Below, one piece after another: positions 25,720-40,132 of a stretch of 64,000 nt of DNA. Below the pieces are notes generated by a model. It did not search any database and was not told where the DNA came from. It saw nothing but the letters and a program-made list of their open reading frames with translations. The stretch spans positions 16,554,001-16,618,000 of the forward strand of contig NW_027266266.1 in NCBI RefSeq assembly GCF_022045235.1, in the 5' to 3' direction. Position 1 is the first letter of the stretch. Every line of letters starts with the position of its first letter. A program made the translations under genes and the position numbers. The DNA comes from Haliotis cracherodii. Lineage: Eukaryota.

Positions 25720-28326
25720 GCGTGTGCTGTGCGTGTATGTGTGTGTGTCTGCGTGTTGTGTGTATGTCTGTGTGTGTTGTATGTCTGTGTGTGTTGTGTG
25801 TGCATGTCTGTCTGTGTGTGTGGTGTGTTTTCGTCCGTGTATGTTTATTTGTGTTCATCCGTTTAAGTTAGTGTGTGTTCGTGTATGTTAATGTGTGTTC
25901 ATCCGTGTATGTTATTGTGTGATCGTCCGTGCATGTTCATGTGTGTTAGCACATTTAAGACATTGAACAGTGTGCATACTAAATTGTAGTTGTTTGTATT
26001 TGTTATTGCTCGATGGCATCTTATATTGTCAAGAGACCGCTGACACCAAGAGATTCCATAAGGATGCAGAGATCTCTTGTTACGAACAGGAGAGTGTGTT
26101 TCAATCTTAAAAGTATGAAATGTCATGCACTATTCACAGGGCATGAATACTTTCCTTCACATCGTATATCCCAAGTTTAAGAAAACGTGTAACATGGCGA
26201 TACCACGTTAATTAGATATTACGTTGGATCAATATTTATCAGGACAACACAGAGAGTTCAGGTTGAGAGAGGGTGCTTCAGAAAATGATTTAAATTTTCT
26301 GTATGTTACAATGCCAAAAACAATGTTGGGTTTTCAGTTGTGCGGGTTTAGAAGTCAATTCAAGAACTTATTACATAGACTTTGAACCCTCCGACTAACA
26401 CCGCCGGTTCCAGGTTTTCGGTTCCATGGAATTTCTGAGCATCGAAAACTAAATAAACCTCGCTAGTTTGAAAACACGAAAGTCTCCTAAATGACTCTCT
26501 GATATTTGCAGAAGCGCATGTTACCTATTCTCAATACTGATTGGTGAGTTGAATCGATTTAACGTCACATTGATTCTATCTTGAGAACAATACAATGTGA
26601 CGTCATCCATATAATCATGATGTCACAAACATGACGCCTGGTTGTTGTGACGTTCCTCGGTATCGACATTTGATACAAGTAATTCATGTTATTCTTTAAA
26701 AACACTGAGTAGTGAGTGAGTGATTATGATTTTACTACGCTTTTAGCAATAGTCTAGCAATATCAAGGAGAGGTAAACCGGAAAAGGGCTTCACACATTG
26801 CACCTATGTGGGGAACGAACACGGTATGTCAGTTCGCACTATAAAACAGGCATAAGTCTGGATGAGTACACACGTGCATTCACGACATAAAAGTGCAATA
26901 ATCACGAACTCGTTCCCTCGTATTTGTAATACACAAGTCACATTAGTCATTCTGATTGTATTCGCTGTTTCTATTCATTACATTTCATGCAAAGATTTCT
27001 TTCATTCTGGGGACCCCTGAAGATCCGAGGTAGAATACGTCCTCAGCAACCCATGCTTGCTGTAAAAGGCGACTATGCTTGTCGTAAGAGGCGACTAACG
27101 GTATCGGGTGGTCAGGTTTTCCGACTTGTTTGATTAAATAATTATTAATTCAAGATTAATTCAACAAAGCCACAGAATCAGTCCAAGGAGATTTGAATGC
27201 GGTCAAGATTTTCATCTTTTGTGTCCAGAACATCTTGTGATATGATGTGTTAGTGTAAGGCTGATTTTCGTTCTCAATGGGTGGCACAGGATTGAAATCG
27301 CTTTGGTTATTCACTCCATTAGAAGCAAAGTTATTTCTAAAATTATAAAACCATTCAATGGTTCTGATATTGTTTTGAAAACCATGATTGTTTATATTCA
27401 AATATGTTAGGGTGGACCGAAACAACTACGAATCATTAATGCATCGTTCTAAACATTTTTGTTTATGCCCAAAATATTCTCTTCTTTGTTGTTTACATGT
27501 ACCATTATTCACACTCCTGATTCTATTATATTTTTCCAACGTTGGACCATCATTATGTTTGCTTAAACTATTCAGTAAACCATCGTGGGGTTTTTCAGTT
27601 GTTCACACTCGTCTTCAAACCACCTTTAAGGGACCGACCGTCTGATATACTGAGGGGGCTTGGGCTTTTGTATGGAGGCTGGATAACGTCAGCTACAGAT
27701 GCAAAAAAAAATATTTTAAAATCAAAACGATGAGCCCAAGTAGTTTGTCGTTACATACTCAGCATTCACCTGATGAAGGAAACGTGACAAAGAATAAAAG
27801 AAGGTGCTATCCATAAAGGTGGTATGTGTTCATGTCCTTCAAAGTTCTAAATGCCTATCAAAGATTCCAAACAGCATAGTTTTTGGAGAAATGGAGAAAT
27901 TGGTTATTTTCACAATGTTTACAGTTCACAATGTTTTATAAACTCAATGACACAAGCAATGAAGGCGATTCCGTCTGTGATACGATAAACCCCATTGTTG
28001 TAGAACGTCAGTCATTGACTAAGCCTACAAGACTAAGACTCTAATATGTTTAACACGGAGTATAATTTCTAAAGGAATTCTTCTTACTTTAATAGCAGTT
28101 CATGATCGGAACTCTCAATATAGGCGTTCAAAATAAAGATGCTCCATGAAGCCACAATGGACAAAGTGATACCTCATTCACTATGTCCTAATTGACACAG
28201 TAACCGTTCAATCATAGGATCCTGGCATGCCCAAGGGAAGCAAATATGTACAACTTGTATCAGCGCCTTGGCCGACATGGCCATCGGTTCTCCCATTATA
28301 CAAAATGACGATAACGGAGGTGTACA

Positions 28327-31300
28327 TCATGTTCTCCTGGGCTCATCTATCTTCCGTGATGTGACAGCTGTTAGAGTTACAGGGTGGACAGTAGCTGTGG
28401 CTGATGCATTCTGATGAACTTTCGCATAAATCTCTACACCTGTGTACATCGACATAGCCAAGGCTAACAGTACCAGCGCGGAAATCAATTTTGTCTCCAA
28501 ACACAGAAAGTTACTGAGTACAAGCGACAGAGTGAATCCAAAGGATTTCCATGAGTGGAAATTCGCAAAGGCTGCCTCCTTCTTATCCGGGAACAGGACA
28601 GCAATGAGAGCTGGAAAAGGAATATTATATTATTAGTATTTACTACGAAATGTGTTACAATTTGCCAAGCTGCGATTACAAAACCAATTAATATTCGTTT
28701 AAATATTGGTAAGTACAAACAGGATAAAATAAACTGCGAAATAGATATTTATGTTGGGGCAGACAAAGTTATCTTTAAACAATTTGACTTTGAAGATTAT
28801 TGACATTAGACAGTGACTTGCATGTACCAAGCCTTGTTATATGCCCTTAATGCCTAGCTCCAGGTACGGTAATATCAAGTATCACCCTTTAACCCTGAGT
28901 CATGTGCATGAATCCACTTGTTTCACACAAAAAATCTAATAAAATCCTAATGATTTATGCAAAATATTATGTTATGATATTGAGAAATATACATGCCAAA
29001 GTTCGGTTTCCTTAGTCCGGCAATTTCACAGGAGAGGTTTACAGAGGCAAACGTTTGAGATGAGATTGCTGAGAACTGGGCATAAGTGCATGTTTGAATG
29101 TAGTCACAAGATATTGTGTTGAAAGCTACTACAACTACCTACACAGACCCGTGATGTTAAAGGGTAGAATAGGTCTTCAGGAACCCATGCTTGCCGTAAA
29201 AGGCAACTATGCTTGTCGCAAGAGGCAACTAACGGGATCGGGTGGTGAGGCTCGCTGACTTGGTTGATGCAAGTCATCCTATCCAAATCACTTGATTGTC
29301 TGGTTCAGACTCGATTATTTACAGACCGCCGTCATATAGCTGGAATATTGCTGAGTGCGGCATTAAACAACAAACAAACAAAACAAAAAATCATATAAGG
29401 TGTACGTGTATCAAGTTGATCAGATGCCCACCTTTGGGATTTGACGTTAGAATAGGTCCACAGCAACCTATGCTGTGAGTGGCGACTGAAAGTGTTTAAC
29501 TTGCTAAAATGGGTGTCATCGTACCAAGTGGCGTGGCACATTACTCACTGAATCAATGACTGATGTGCCTGGTTCAGTATCGATTGTCGTAAGAGGCGAC
29601 TAATGGGATTTGATGGTCTGGCTTGCTGACTTGGTTGATGCATGTCATCGATCGCAATTGCGTGGATCGATGCTCATGATATCAATCACTGGATTGTCTG
29701 GTCTAGAGTCCATTATTTACAGTCCGCCGTCATATAGCTAGAATACTGCTGAGTGCGCCGTTAAATAACAAACCAACAAACTACCTATATATATATGGCA
29801 CATATCATAATATTGAAGCACAAACGGATTTCACAATGATCGTGGTTAAATGGCCCTAAATATAACATATAGCACCAAACAAAATGGACAAACATACTGA
29901 ATATTTACTATAAAGTTAAGTGTGGTATGCTTACAGTTTGACTGAGTTAGCCATATTCCTTCCCCCATTCCCCAGGCAAGGGGTACTAGGAAGATGTACT
30001 TGGTGTCGTCGCTTGTTGGCGTCCACAGAAACATCGTTATAAACACCCCACCTTGTAAACCGGCAGCAATGAAGAAGAGAATGTAACGCCCAACGTACTT
30101 CGCAATGCGACTGAATAGGAAGGCACAGGAAGCAGTGGCTGCCCCGTACGTTGCCATGACAAAACCAACCTTGTGTATTCCGATAGGACAGCTGACAAAG
30201 GACTACAAAGAAATACACAAATACATCACACACAGTGTTATCCTCAACATAATTGTGGCTGCTTATTTTTTAGATGAATATTGATGAATAGTAGAACAAA
30301 TATGAGCATGTACCGAAATCTGATTTTATTGTGTTGTTTGGAGCTTGTAACCCATCAATATCTTGAATAATCAAAGCGTATGTGTTCTGCTTAGATGTAT
30401 AAATAATAATTTTCTAAACATCAGAATGAGATCTTTATGTGATTCGGTAGACTCAACTACATAAACACTGTGCTCAATATCTACTTCATGAAACTACGGT
30501 TTATTTCTCTTCAACTTACCAGCTGTTATTTAAGAACTGACTTTCACTTTGTGTGAATTCATTGAGTATGAACCTCCACAGAGTGACGTCAAACTGTATG
30601 AACAACGTGAAAATCAATTCTTATAATTATTTATCGCAATTTCATACCTCAATCTCTTACTTCGTTTAGGGAACCATCATGCAGTCAAACAATCTGACGT
30701 TTCTCAATGCATACTAAAACGCTGAGTTCAAGATTAAAGTGTCTAAATGGTCAGAAAGTACGCTTCTGTATGTATTCGTGCTAGGGAATTCCCAGGGGTT
30801 CCCCCAGGAATGTGGAAGTAGTCCGCCAGTGTTTACGTCATTTTCTAGTGAAAAACGTATGAACGTCAAATTGTGTCGTTCATACACTTATGAACGTCAA
30901 CCTCACGGTCATGTGACCTACCTCTCGTCCAATCGAAAAGCCATATAATCGTGTAAGCTTCAAATAAATAAAATTATAATGTGATGAACGCTGAATGTAA
31001 CATGCTTTGTTTCAAAAGTATCATCTCGCTGTTCACTTTTGCGTGCAAGCAAACAATGCAAGTGCACTTTACAAATGATGTTGAATGAAAAGCCTTGTGA
31101 ACATGGACTGTTTGAATATTGAAAGACATCTGTTTTAAAGAAGAAACATATCTGCAGCTAAAAGAAGGAAATATGAATTTTGTTTGTTCATTTTTTGGTT
31201 TTGTGTGTCGACATGCTATGGGAATCTCTAATTATGGTTTCAGCACTTTAAATTGACTTTGTACAGTGCGGTAAGATGATGTGTTATTTTGGCCTACCCT

Positions 31301-32295
31301 TCTGAAGTCATCAAGTAGTATAACTTTTTTCCAAGGAGGTAATGAAGCTGGAAAATAACAGTAAATAACTGAGGCCCCCTCAGGTTTAAACATTGCTAAA
31401 CTTTGACCAATCTCATCACGATACAATGGCTGGAGAACCAATAACTTACCTTTGTGTAGTCTGACCATAATATGGCTTGCTCCACTGCCTGGAACATTAT
31501 GAAAGGAACAAGGAAAACCAGCTTGGTGGTAAATAGAGTTACGAAGAAGGAACCGAGAGATTGCTTCCTGCTGACGTTGCTGCTCCAATCGCTTTTCGGC
31601 AAAGGTGGCAGGAACACAATTGTGATGATCAACGCAATAATATCACATCCAAGGTAGATGCCAAGCATAATATACACCAGACCCATCTCTGGTGTGACAA
31701 TGTCAGTCCCGTTGGATGCCTGAGGGCAAAAGTCAGACCCACAAACAGTCTCCCCTGTTCCATTACTGTATGATCCTTGTTGGAAAATAAGAGACGACAC
31801 AAGGTTGCCTGGAATCTGGGTGGTTTCAAACACAGTGAAGAACAGTCCATTCAATTTACTTAGCACAGTGTAAGGAGATTGTCCTGTAGAACTGGCAAGG
31901 GAGTTGGAACAGGCGGTGACGTAGGTGCTCGCACAAGTCCACAATAAACAAGAGATTGCGCCAACAAGGACTGAAGAGGGAATCAAGGTGGAGAAAGCTG
32001 GATAGAAATTGGAGGCAGTGTACAAAATATGACAAACCCAGGAAACAATAATTGAGCTCTTCACACCAAGAAGTCGGATAACAGTTGGAGTTATGATTCC
32101 AGAAAATATCATGCACGCGTATAACACACTTAATGAAATTATTCCTAAATCTGCTTCTTCGTTGAGACTGCTCTGTAGGTTCTGGATGGCGACAAACGCA
32201 GCAAAAGCCCAGAAGAAGGAAGCTGATAGTACAACACAGCTTCTTGTTTCTTTGCCCCCAAACGAACCTGGCTGTTTCCTTGTTTCGTCAGCCAT
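28327..32295 (-). CDS. UNC93A: UNC-93-like MFS protein, copy 4; exons 32295-31450, 30202-29935, 28610-28327 (465 aa)
   Basis: MADETRKQ...SDYTK|SFVSCPIG...WLTQSN|SLIAVLFPDKKEAAFANFHSW...DEPRRT*. 846/268-nt exons, GT-AG sites, and acceptor ccag 2 nt before the ATG. Confidence 0.93.
29146..29780 (+). mobile_element. Adjacent copies/fragments of repeat family C in intron 2 of copy 4
   Basis: GACCCGTGATG..GGTAGAATAGGTCTTC start, two ..GAGGC(G/A)ACTAA cores and two (CAAA) tails. Confidence 0.7.
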
Positions 32296-32729
32296 TGCTG
32301 GACAAGATATTTGCTTTTTCAGATATTCTGTGTATATGGCCACTGAAGCCTTCTGCTGATGTAGTGATTCAAGCATGTCAAGCATTTCATTGTCATTGTC
32401 ACAGCACATAGGACATGCATGTCTATGGATAGTAATGTCCCCGAAAGCGTGTCATTGCATTTCATGATAATGACACGGCGCGGACAACAGAACAACACGT
32501 GCTCGCCCTTAACGAAATCAGCTGTATATTAGTACAGCACACGGTATACTTCGGCATGCTTGTTTTGCTGTTTAAACTTTTCAGAGGTTTGGTTTATTAT
32601 TGATTGACCATGATTGACTGAAGTTAAAACGTTCTTGTGGGGACTAGTATAGGTCCCCGAGACGATAGAGCTTGTCGTAGGAGGTAGATTAATTTAATTG
32701 GTAACATGTCTGAATTGACTTTTTGATTG

Positions 32730-32910
32730 TTATTGAATAATATCAGATCATCGATATACCTGAAGCTCATTTTGACTTTGACAATCCGAGCAGAAATTCC
32801 GATTCACATGCATAAAGAAACAGATTCGCAAAAGGGGAGCAAAATTATTGCCCTTGGGGATGCCTACCTCTTGTCTGAATGTCTTACCAGCAAATTCGAT
32901 TCTAATGAAA
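32730..32910 (-). mobile_element. Penelope-like element reverse-transcriptase fragment
   Basis: FAGKTFRQEVGIPKGNNFAPLL (compare Q..GIPMG..CAP), followed after a frameshift by SFRYIDD. Confidence 0.7.
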
Positions 32911-33459
32911 CTTTTATGGACCCTTCTATGTCTAAAATATGTCATGTATAGTCTCCTTTAGGAATTCCGGCGTAGCACTTGTCCCCTGTTATATATGCTT
33001 GTCATAAATGGCTCGGGTGATCCGGCTAGGTGACTGCGTGTCGTACTCTGAAGGCGTTGGATGTGTATGTTACATGCATCCCTGCAGGTCTGGTCTTGAC
33101 TACATTATTTACTGGCCTCCCTCATAAGGCTAGAATAGCGCAATGTGTGGTGATAAACAACAAATAAACACACAAAACTGTTCTTATTTAGAAAATCCAA
33201 AAGGAGATATGAATAGATTGAAAGGCTCGTGAGGTTAAGGGCACCTTGCGAGCGGTCATCCAAACAGCTAAGTTGATCTTTGAAATGTGGGGAGAAAGCA
33301 CAAAGCGATGAAGGTCTAAGAAAATTAAAACTTGGGTCAGCAGTATCTCGAAGACATTGTGTCATCACTGATTTTCATCCATTCATATAATTTTACTGAG
33401 TGTGTGTGTGTGTGTGTGTGTGGGGTGGGGGGGTGGGGGGGGTTGGGAGGGGGGGGGGG

Positions 33460-36400
33460 GTGTTAAGGCCAAAATTGTGCACTTTGGGTTAAAAGCACCA
33501 AACTTGGCTCACCTATACACTGAACCATTCCGGACATTTTTTATATGGATCCACCTCAATAGAGCCCCCTAGTGGTAAAAACATCCAAGATGGCCGCCAT
33601 GGTTGAACTATCTAATGATATCAATACATACTCAATATATCATACTTATCTGGTCCATTTAGACATATATCCATAATAGTGCATGCGGAATTAATTGCAA
33701 CAGAGCTGTATATAATTCAAATAAAGTTTGCAGCGCCCCCTGGTGGTTGAAAATCCAAGATGGCCACCAGCATGACTGAAATCTCAAATGATATCAATCT
33801 ATACTCAATATTTAATAGTTATCTGGCCAATATATACAATCACAACAATCCTGTATATAATTCAAACCTAGTATGTAGCACCCTCTGGTGGTGATTAAAG
33901 TCCAAGATGGCCGCCGACATGGTTGAAATCCCTCATGACTTATCATAATTATCTGGTCAGTTCATACAATTTATCTTAAGTAACTTTTTCAGGATCAATT
34001 TCAATAATGCTATATATAATTCAAATCTGGTATGCAGTGCCCCCTGGTGATGACGAAAATCCAAGATGGCCTCCAATATGTTTTAGTTTTCAGAAATTGT
34101 CTATTTCTACAACAGATATAGATATCTTTGGACTAAGGATAAGTCCATACGTTTTGATACAATGAAACATTTATAAATCAAATTCTATCAATTCATATGT
34201 ATTGTGTATGATCAAATCGTATGGTGGCTCGGCATATTATTTTATAAATGGTCTACTCAGAAATATTCTACCTAGTTAATATTAGATCACCCTAAAATCA
34301 CTCATAATCATCTGGGAATGGATTCATATCTTAACAACTGGAATGTATGTATACATATTATTTACATTATGGCCATGAATATATGACATCAACCTTTTTT
34401 CTACTTAAGGATGACCAGGAATATCGGTTCAATGTATGTGTTTACAGTTCTATAATTCAGTTACAGTAAACACTGTCCTCAAACGTATCACATAGCACTG
34501 TACTCAAGACAGGCAGTGTTAAGTTTACAAAGGCTTGCAAGACTTCTTACAGGTGTAGTGTTAGTTTATAACATTTCTTTGTGCCTGACCAAGTGTTGGG
34601 TCTTGGGTATCTATATACATGTACTCTCCCAAACCCTGACTTCAAGATTCTGGGACGTTGAAATGTTGTCAATTGTCTGAGATCTTCATGAACAGAGATG
34701 ATGCCTTTCATTGACCTTCCAAATAAACCAGTGAGAACGACAAACTGCAAATGAATCTGCATATGATGGGGAAGCATTGGTGACTTCAGGAAATACTTCA
34801 CACGTATCCTAAGTATATGAACTGGTGAAGGCATTAAATCGTGAAAATGTCTTTGAATTCCTAGGGCCTCAGGAAGAACACTCTCGCCTGTTTCAGTCAA
34901 TCCAACTGCACCGCCATCTCCTTTCACACGGCCATTGAATTGTTCATGTGTCTCACCTTGTGCCACACCAGAGAATGTCCGTTTATTTTGTGTGTCACTA
35001 ATCCACTGGAAAAATATTCGTGGTACAGCGGTGCGTGTGCTCTACTGTAAGGGGCACATAAATGCAAGCTATTAATATAAAAAGTGATGCTGCAAACTTT
35101 GGGAAATCTGCTTTTTGAAATGCACCCACCAGACACAATATGCAAATTTCTTGTTCAAGAACAAGAGGCCAGTAGTGAAACAAGGGCTGAGCAGCTTACT
35201 TCGGTGCACTACAGTTTTTGAGAGGATCTTCTGTGTTCGCTTATATTTCCTTATATTGCACATATGTGTGATGTTGTAGCAAGGTGGGTACACATGATGA
35301 AGGAATCAGCAAATCTGCCTGAGGCAATCCCAGCAGCACAGATTGCAGTTTTCATTTCACTTCCTTCGGGAAAGTGTCTGACAATCCTGAAAGCAACTAT
35401 TTCAATATGCAAATCTACCAAACATAATAAGGAACTTCATCATTTAATTAAGGACTGTTCCACTGGATTGTTTCAGTAATTGTGTATAGTGGTTCATCCA
35501 TGGCAAGCAAATGCATCTGACCAGGATTTAAATGTCCAATTCTCTTTTTTTTTCTTTTTACAAAATTTATTGAATGCTGTATCATAGCAACAGAACATTT
35601 TAAAATATTGGCATATCGGAAATATTTGTTGGAGGATAAGTTTGTCTTGTTTTCGCAGTACTTCCTTCGTGTGATATGAGCAGTTTTACTCATGGTCAGG
35701 CATTGTGTTAGCACTATCTACGTCTTGGGTGAAAGGTCCTTGAATGAGACACAAGTCATAATCACACATCTTGTAAAACAAGGATGGGGGTACATTGGTA
35801 TATACTTGGGCTGTTTGGAAATGGTTTTCCTGGTATGTGTATAAAAGAACAGCATGTGTGAAATGTGCCAACAAGATCGCGGTTTTTTTAATACCAAGTA
35901 AACTGGGACTTGCTTTTTTCGGTCTCAGTGGTTTCTTTGTGATGATATGCTGGTGCACCGAGATTTCACGCTTTGAAGACAAGATGTTCTGAGATAGTTT
36001 AGGATGCTTGAGGATTGTTTTTTTAACTTGGTCCTTCAAATTTCATACTGACTTGAGCTTTCAAAGAGGCAGGTACAGACTGTTTATGGCAGATCTTGCA
36101 TCAAATGAATAATTTTTAGTACCAAAGGCTTATACATTCAGTAAAGCGTTACCTGGAATTGTTTTGAAGCCAAATTCGATTGAAATGATTGCAATGAACA
36201 AATGTTACTGATATTATTGACAAACATTTGACATTTGAAGATTAAGTCATTTTGGCAGTCATGTTGGATTTTTGTCGCCACCAGTGGGCGCTGCACATTA
36301 GATTTGAATTATATACAACGTTGTTTCAATTTACTAACATTGACAACATAATTATGATAAATTGAATATAAATTGACATTGTAAGAAATTTTAAACATTT

Positions 36401-36556
36401 GGGCGGCCATCTTGGATTTTCTACCACCAGGTGGCGCTGCTGAGATGGATCCATATCCAGAAATGTTCGGAATGGTTTAATGTATAAGCGTGTCAAGTTT
36501 GGTGCTTTTAACCCAAAGTGCACAATTTTGACTAAAATCCAGCCTTAACCGCCCCA
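33460..36556 (-). mobile_element. Decayed TIR DNA transposon, probably Academ-like
   Basis: Long imperfect inverted ends (AAAATTGTGCACTTTGGGTTAAAAGCACCAAACTT at 33471; its reverse complement ends at ~36529). Frameshifted minus-strand peptides: AMIQHS..HLNPGQ..AMDEPLY, MFG/LHIE..EGS..AGIASG..ADSF and HEQFNGRVKGDGGAVGLTE. Family assignment is from recall of such motifs. Confidence 0.72.
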
Positions 36557-37312
36557 ATATTTTTGGCCTTTTACACCCACTGGAATCAAGATGACTGTTC
36601 TCCGTCGCTGACGTTATATATCTGCTATTCTAATCTGGAATCCCAACTGAGGGCATCTGATCAATCTGGTCAACAACAGGAAGAAGGGTTAAACATGTAC
36701 ATCCGAAAGTAAGATGAATAGCTACCAAAACGTTTACCTGAAGCCTCCTTTCACATGCCTAATCATTGAGGTCAAAACATAGTATTCACATAGTGATCAC
36801 AGTATTTAAAGGGATTCAGATAAGAGAATGGTGTTATTGTGTACCCAGCGGTTAGATGCAAGATCCCCTTAGTCATTGTTGCTTAGTCATGGCCATGCTT
36901 AGAAACGTCCGTCAACATCCACATTCCTTAATACTGGTAAACATATGTTTGACCTTTGCCTTTTCAATAAATCACACTATCAGAGCAGCTCATTCCTAGG
37001 GGGGTTGCCAGGATTCATGTCTATTGTTTATTATGCTGATATAATACTGGCGGGTCTTAGTTCTAAACTTAACAACCCCATGGGAACAAAATGAACTTTT
37101 CCGAAATCGTAGATCCGCCCACTGCCACCTAAGACGTTTCATGCACAAGGCTCCTGAGTTGATTTTTTAAGGGAACCGCAGTTTCGCCTTCACACTCCTC
37201 GAGTAATGCTGTAATGGACACATTTGCACTTTGAAATTGAAGTCAGTTTAGATTCTTATTGAATCTCCACCCACCTGGCATTGGTATAGTTTATTGACAA
37301 AACTATCTCAAA

Positions 37313-40132
37313 ATGAAGAACGAAGAGGAATCGAAGACGTATGCCTTTGAAGGGAAGGAAACAAAAAGTAGCGCTGTGCTTGCAGCTGCTTTCTTTTCGG
37401 CGTTTGCTGCTTACATGGCTATTCAGAACCTACAAAGCAGTCTCAATGAAGCGGAAGATCTTGGAATCATTTCTCTGAGCGTTCTGTATGCATGCATTAT
37501 ATTTTCTGGAATTATGGCTCCGGCTGTAATCCGGTTCATGGGAATTAAATTGTCTTTAATCCTGTCTTGGGTGATCCACCTTCTGTACACAAGCTCGAAC
37601 TTCTATCCGGCATTTTCCACCCTCATACCTTCTTCAATTCTCCTCGGGGCCATCTCTGGTTTTCTGTGGACGAGTCAGAGTATTTACATTTCAGTCTGTT
37701 CCTACTCTCTTGCCAAGTCTACAGGAGCAGCCCCCTACGATGTCCTCAGTAAATTGAATGGATTGTTCTTCACCGTTTTTGAAACCACCCAGATTCCAGG
37801 CAACCTTGTGTCGTCACTAATCCTACGATCAGGAACCTACAGCAATGTCACAGGAAAAGCTGTTTGTGGGTCTGACTATTGTCCTGGGGTATCCAACGGA
37901 ACAGACATAGCCACTCCAGAGATGAGTCTGGTGTACATTCTTCTTGGCATCTATCTTGGATGTGGTGTTATTGCTTTGATCATCACGATTGTCTTCTTAC
38001 CACCTTTACCGAAAAGCGACTGGAGCAGCAATGTGAGCTTGAAGCAATCTCTCATTTCCTTCTTCGTGACGTTATTCACCAGCAAGATGATCTTCCTGGT
38101 TCCTTTCATGATGTTCCAGGCAGTGGAACAAGCCATATTATGGTCAGACTACACAAGGGTAGGTTATTTGTTCTTTAGCCATTGTATCGTGATGATATTT
38201 GCAAGACATTATGGAAATGTAATATCTATTAATCGCATGAACGTGTCTGGTTTCTGTATATTATGCTGTGTGTTTCGCAAATGGAGAAAAGATGGTGTCG
38301 ATGGAAGCGGTAAGATTGTCCCTCAGTTGACATTAACTGTTCATCAAGAAGTCTACGTATCTGTGTTGCTATATGTACCAAGATACACTCGCCCACACCT
38401 GTGATTTGTGTATCACAAATTACGATGGCATTAGTCTTGTGGTTAAAACGTCGATTCGTCTCGCCGAAGGTCCTGGTTCAATTCCTTACATTGGTAAATT
38501 GTGACAAGCCAATTCTTGGTGTCTCCCGTCATGTGTTGCTGAACTAATGCTGAAGATGGCGTACCAACACACTTGCTCACTTAAGTGAGTGAGTGAATGA
38601 GAGAGAGTATGGTTTTACGATGCTTTAGCAATATTCAAGCAGAAATAGGCTTCACACATTGTACCCATGTAGGGAATCAAACCCGGGTCTTCAGCACAGC
38701 GTCCGGTCTCTGTAACCACGAGGCTTCCCCACCGCCCCAACTTAAAATGTAAAAACAATACTGTTGATATGAGAGTCTGCAGTTTCCCTCTGTATAAAAA
38801 CAATAGGTATGCAACAGACAGTAATATGCAATAGACAGTATGTATGCAGTAAGTAGTATGTATGCAATAGGCAGAATGGACTTAAAATATGCAATAGACA
38901 GTATGTATGCAGTAAGTAGTATGTATGCAATAGGCAGAATGGACTTAAAATATGCAATAGACAGTATGTATGCAGTAAGTAGTATGTATGCAATAGGCAG
39001 AATGAACTTAAAATGTGATACTTATGCAGTATTAATACAATAAGCGATATGTTTGTAACAGGTAGAATGAATACAATGGACATTATTTATGCAATAGAGA
39101 GTTTTAATACATGAAGCAGTATGTATGCAATAAGAAGTATGTATGCAATAGCCAGTTGGTATTTAATAGCATGGGATGTATCAATAGTCATCGTACGGTC
39201 TGTTGCAGTCCTATGTCAGCTGTCCTATCGGAATACACATGGTTGGTTTCATCATGGCAACGTACGGGGCAACCACTGCTTCCTGTGCCTTCGTGTTCAG
39301 TCGCATTGCGAAGTACATTGGACGTTACATTCTCTTCTTCACTGCTGCTGTCTTACACGCTGGGGTGTTTATAACGCTGTATCTGTGGACGCCGACAAGC
39401 GACGACACCAAGTACATCTTCGTAATCCCCATTGTATGGGCCATCGGGGAAGGAATATGGGAAACACAATCCAACTGTAAGAACCAGGCATTAGTCTCTT
39501 TATCTTGTTAACGCTTTTTCGAATGATAAAATCTCATAATTATCAGGGCACAATTCGCTGTGCACATTTGTGCCCTCAAGCCTATTAGAAACGTATGGAC
39601 GTGGGGTGTAATCTCGGACTCGCCATTATAAAGTTCTTTGTTTGTCAGCACCATGCCCATGAAAGTAAATTTCACCAAAGTAAAACTGACCCAAGGGAAA
39701 GAACAGGGTCCGCAGAGTATAGTCAGAAACAGAACAAGGGCATTCATTTAAACGACCGGCATCCATTGACGGCATGACGTCATCTCGGAAAAAATGTCGT
39801 TAAAATACTGTTATTAGCGCTGTTAGCTTATACTCATGTTTTGATTTTCTTCAGCTCTGATAGCCATGCTGTTCCCGGAGAAGAAGGAGCCAGCCTTTGC
39901 CAACTTCCACACATGGAAAGCCATCGGATTCACGCTCACATTTGCACTCAGTAACTTTCTGTGTTTGAAGACAAAACTTATTTGTGTGCTGGCTTTGTTA
40001 GCCTTGGCTATGACTATGTACACAGGCGTAGAGATTTATGCACGAGTGCAACAGAAGCGCACGGAGGTCACAGCTACCACTTCAGTAGAAATTACCTCAA
40101 ATGGCATAAAAAAATCTACGTTCACAAACTAA
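37313..40132 (+). CDS. UNC93A: UNC-93-like MFS protein, copy 5; exons 37313-38158, 39209-39476, 39855-40132 (463 aa)
   Basis: Same exon sizes and phases as the other copies, canonical splice sites, intact frame. Confidence 0.93.
38805..39150. repeat. TATGTATGCAATAG-type minisatellite in intron 1 of copy 5 (includes ~62-bp unit x3)
   Basis: Seen directly. A related, more expanded tract lies at 50120-50700 in copy 6. Confidence 0.8.

Noticed and set aside
27156-27480. Possible LINE RT remnant (..KSPW/GxD-like)
   Set aside because: Too degenerate to assign by eye.
27765-27815. CTGATGA...GAAAC hammerhead-like core (degenerate versions also near 59205-59245 on minus and near 57620)
   Set aside because: Stem II is deleted or core bases are mutated; probably dead remnants.
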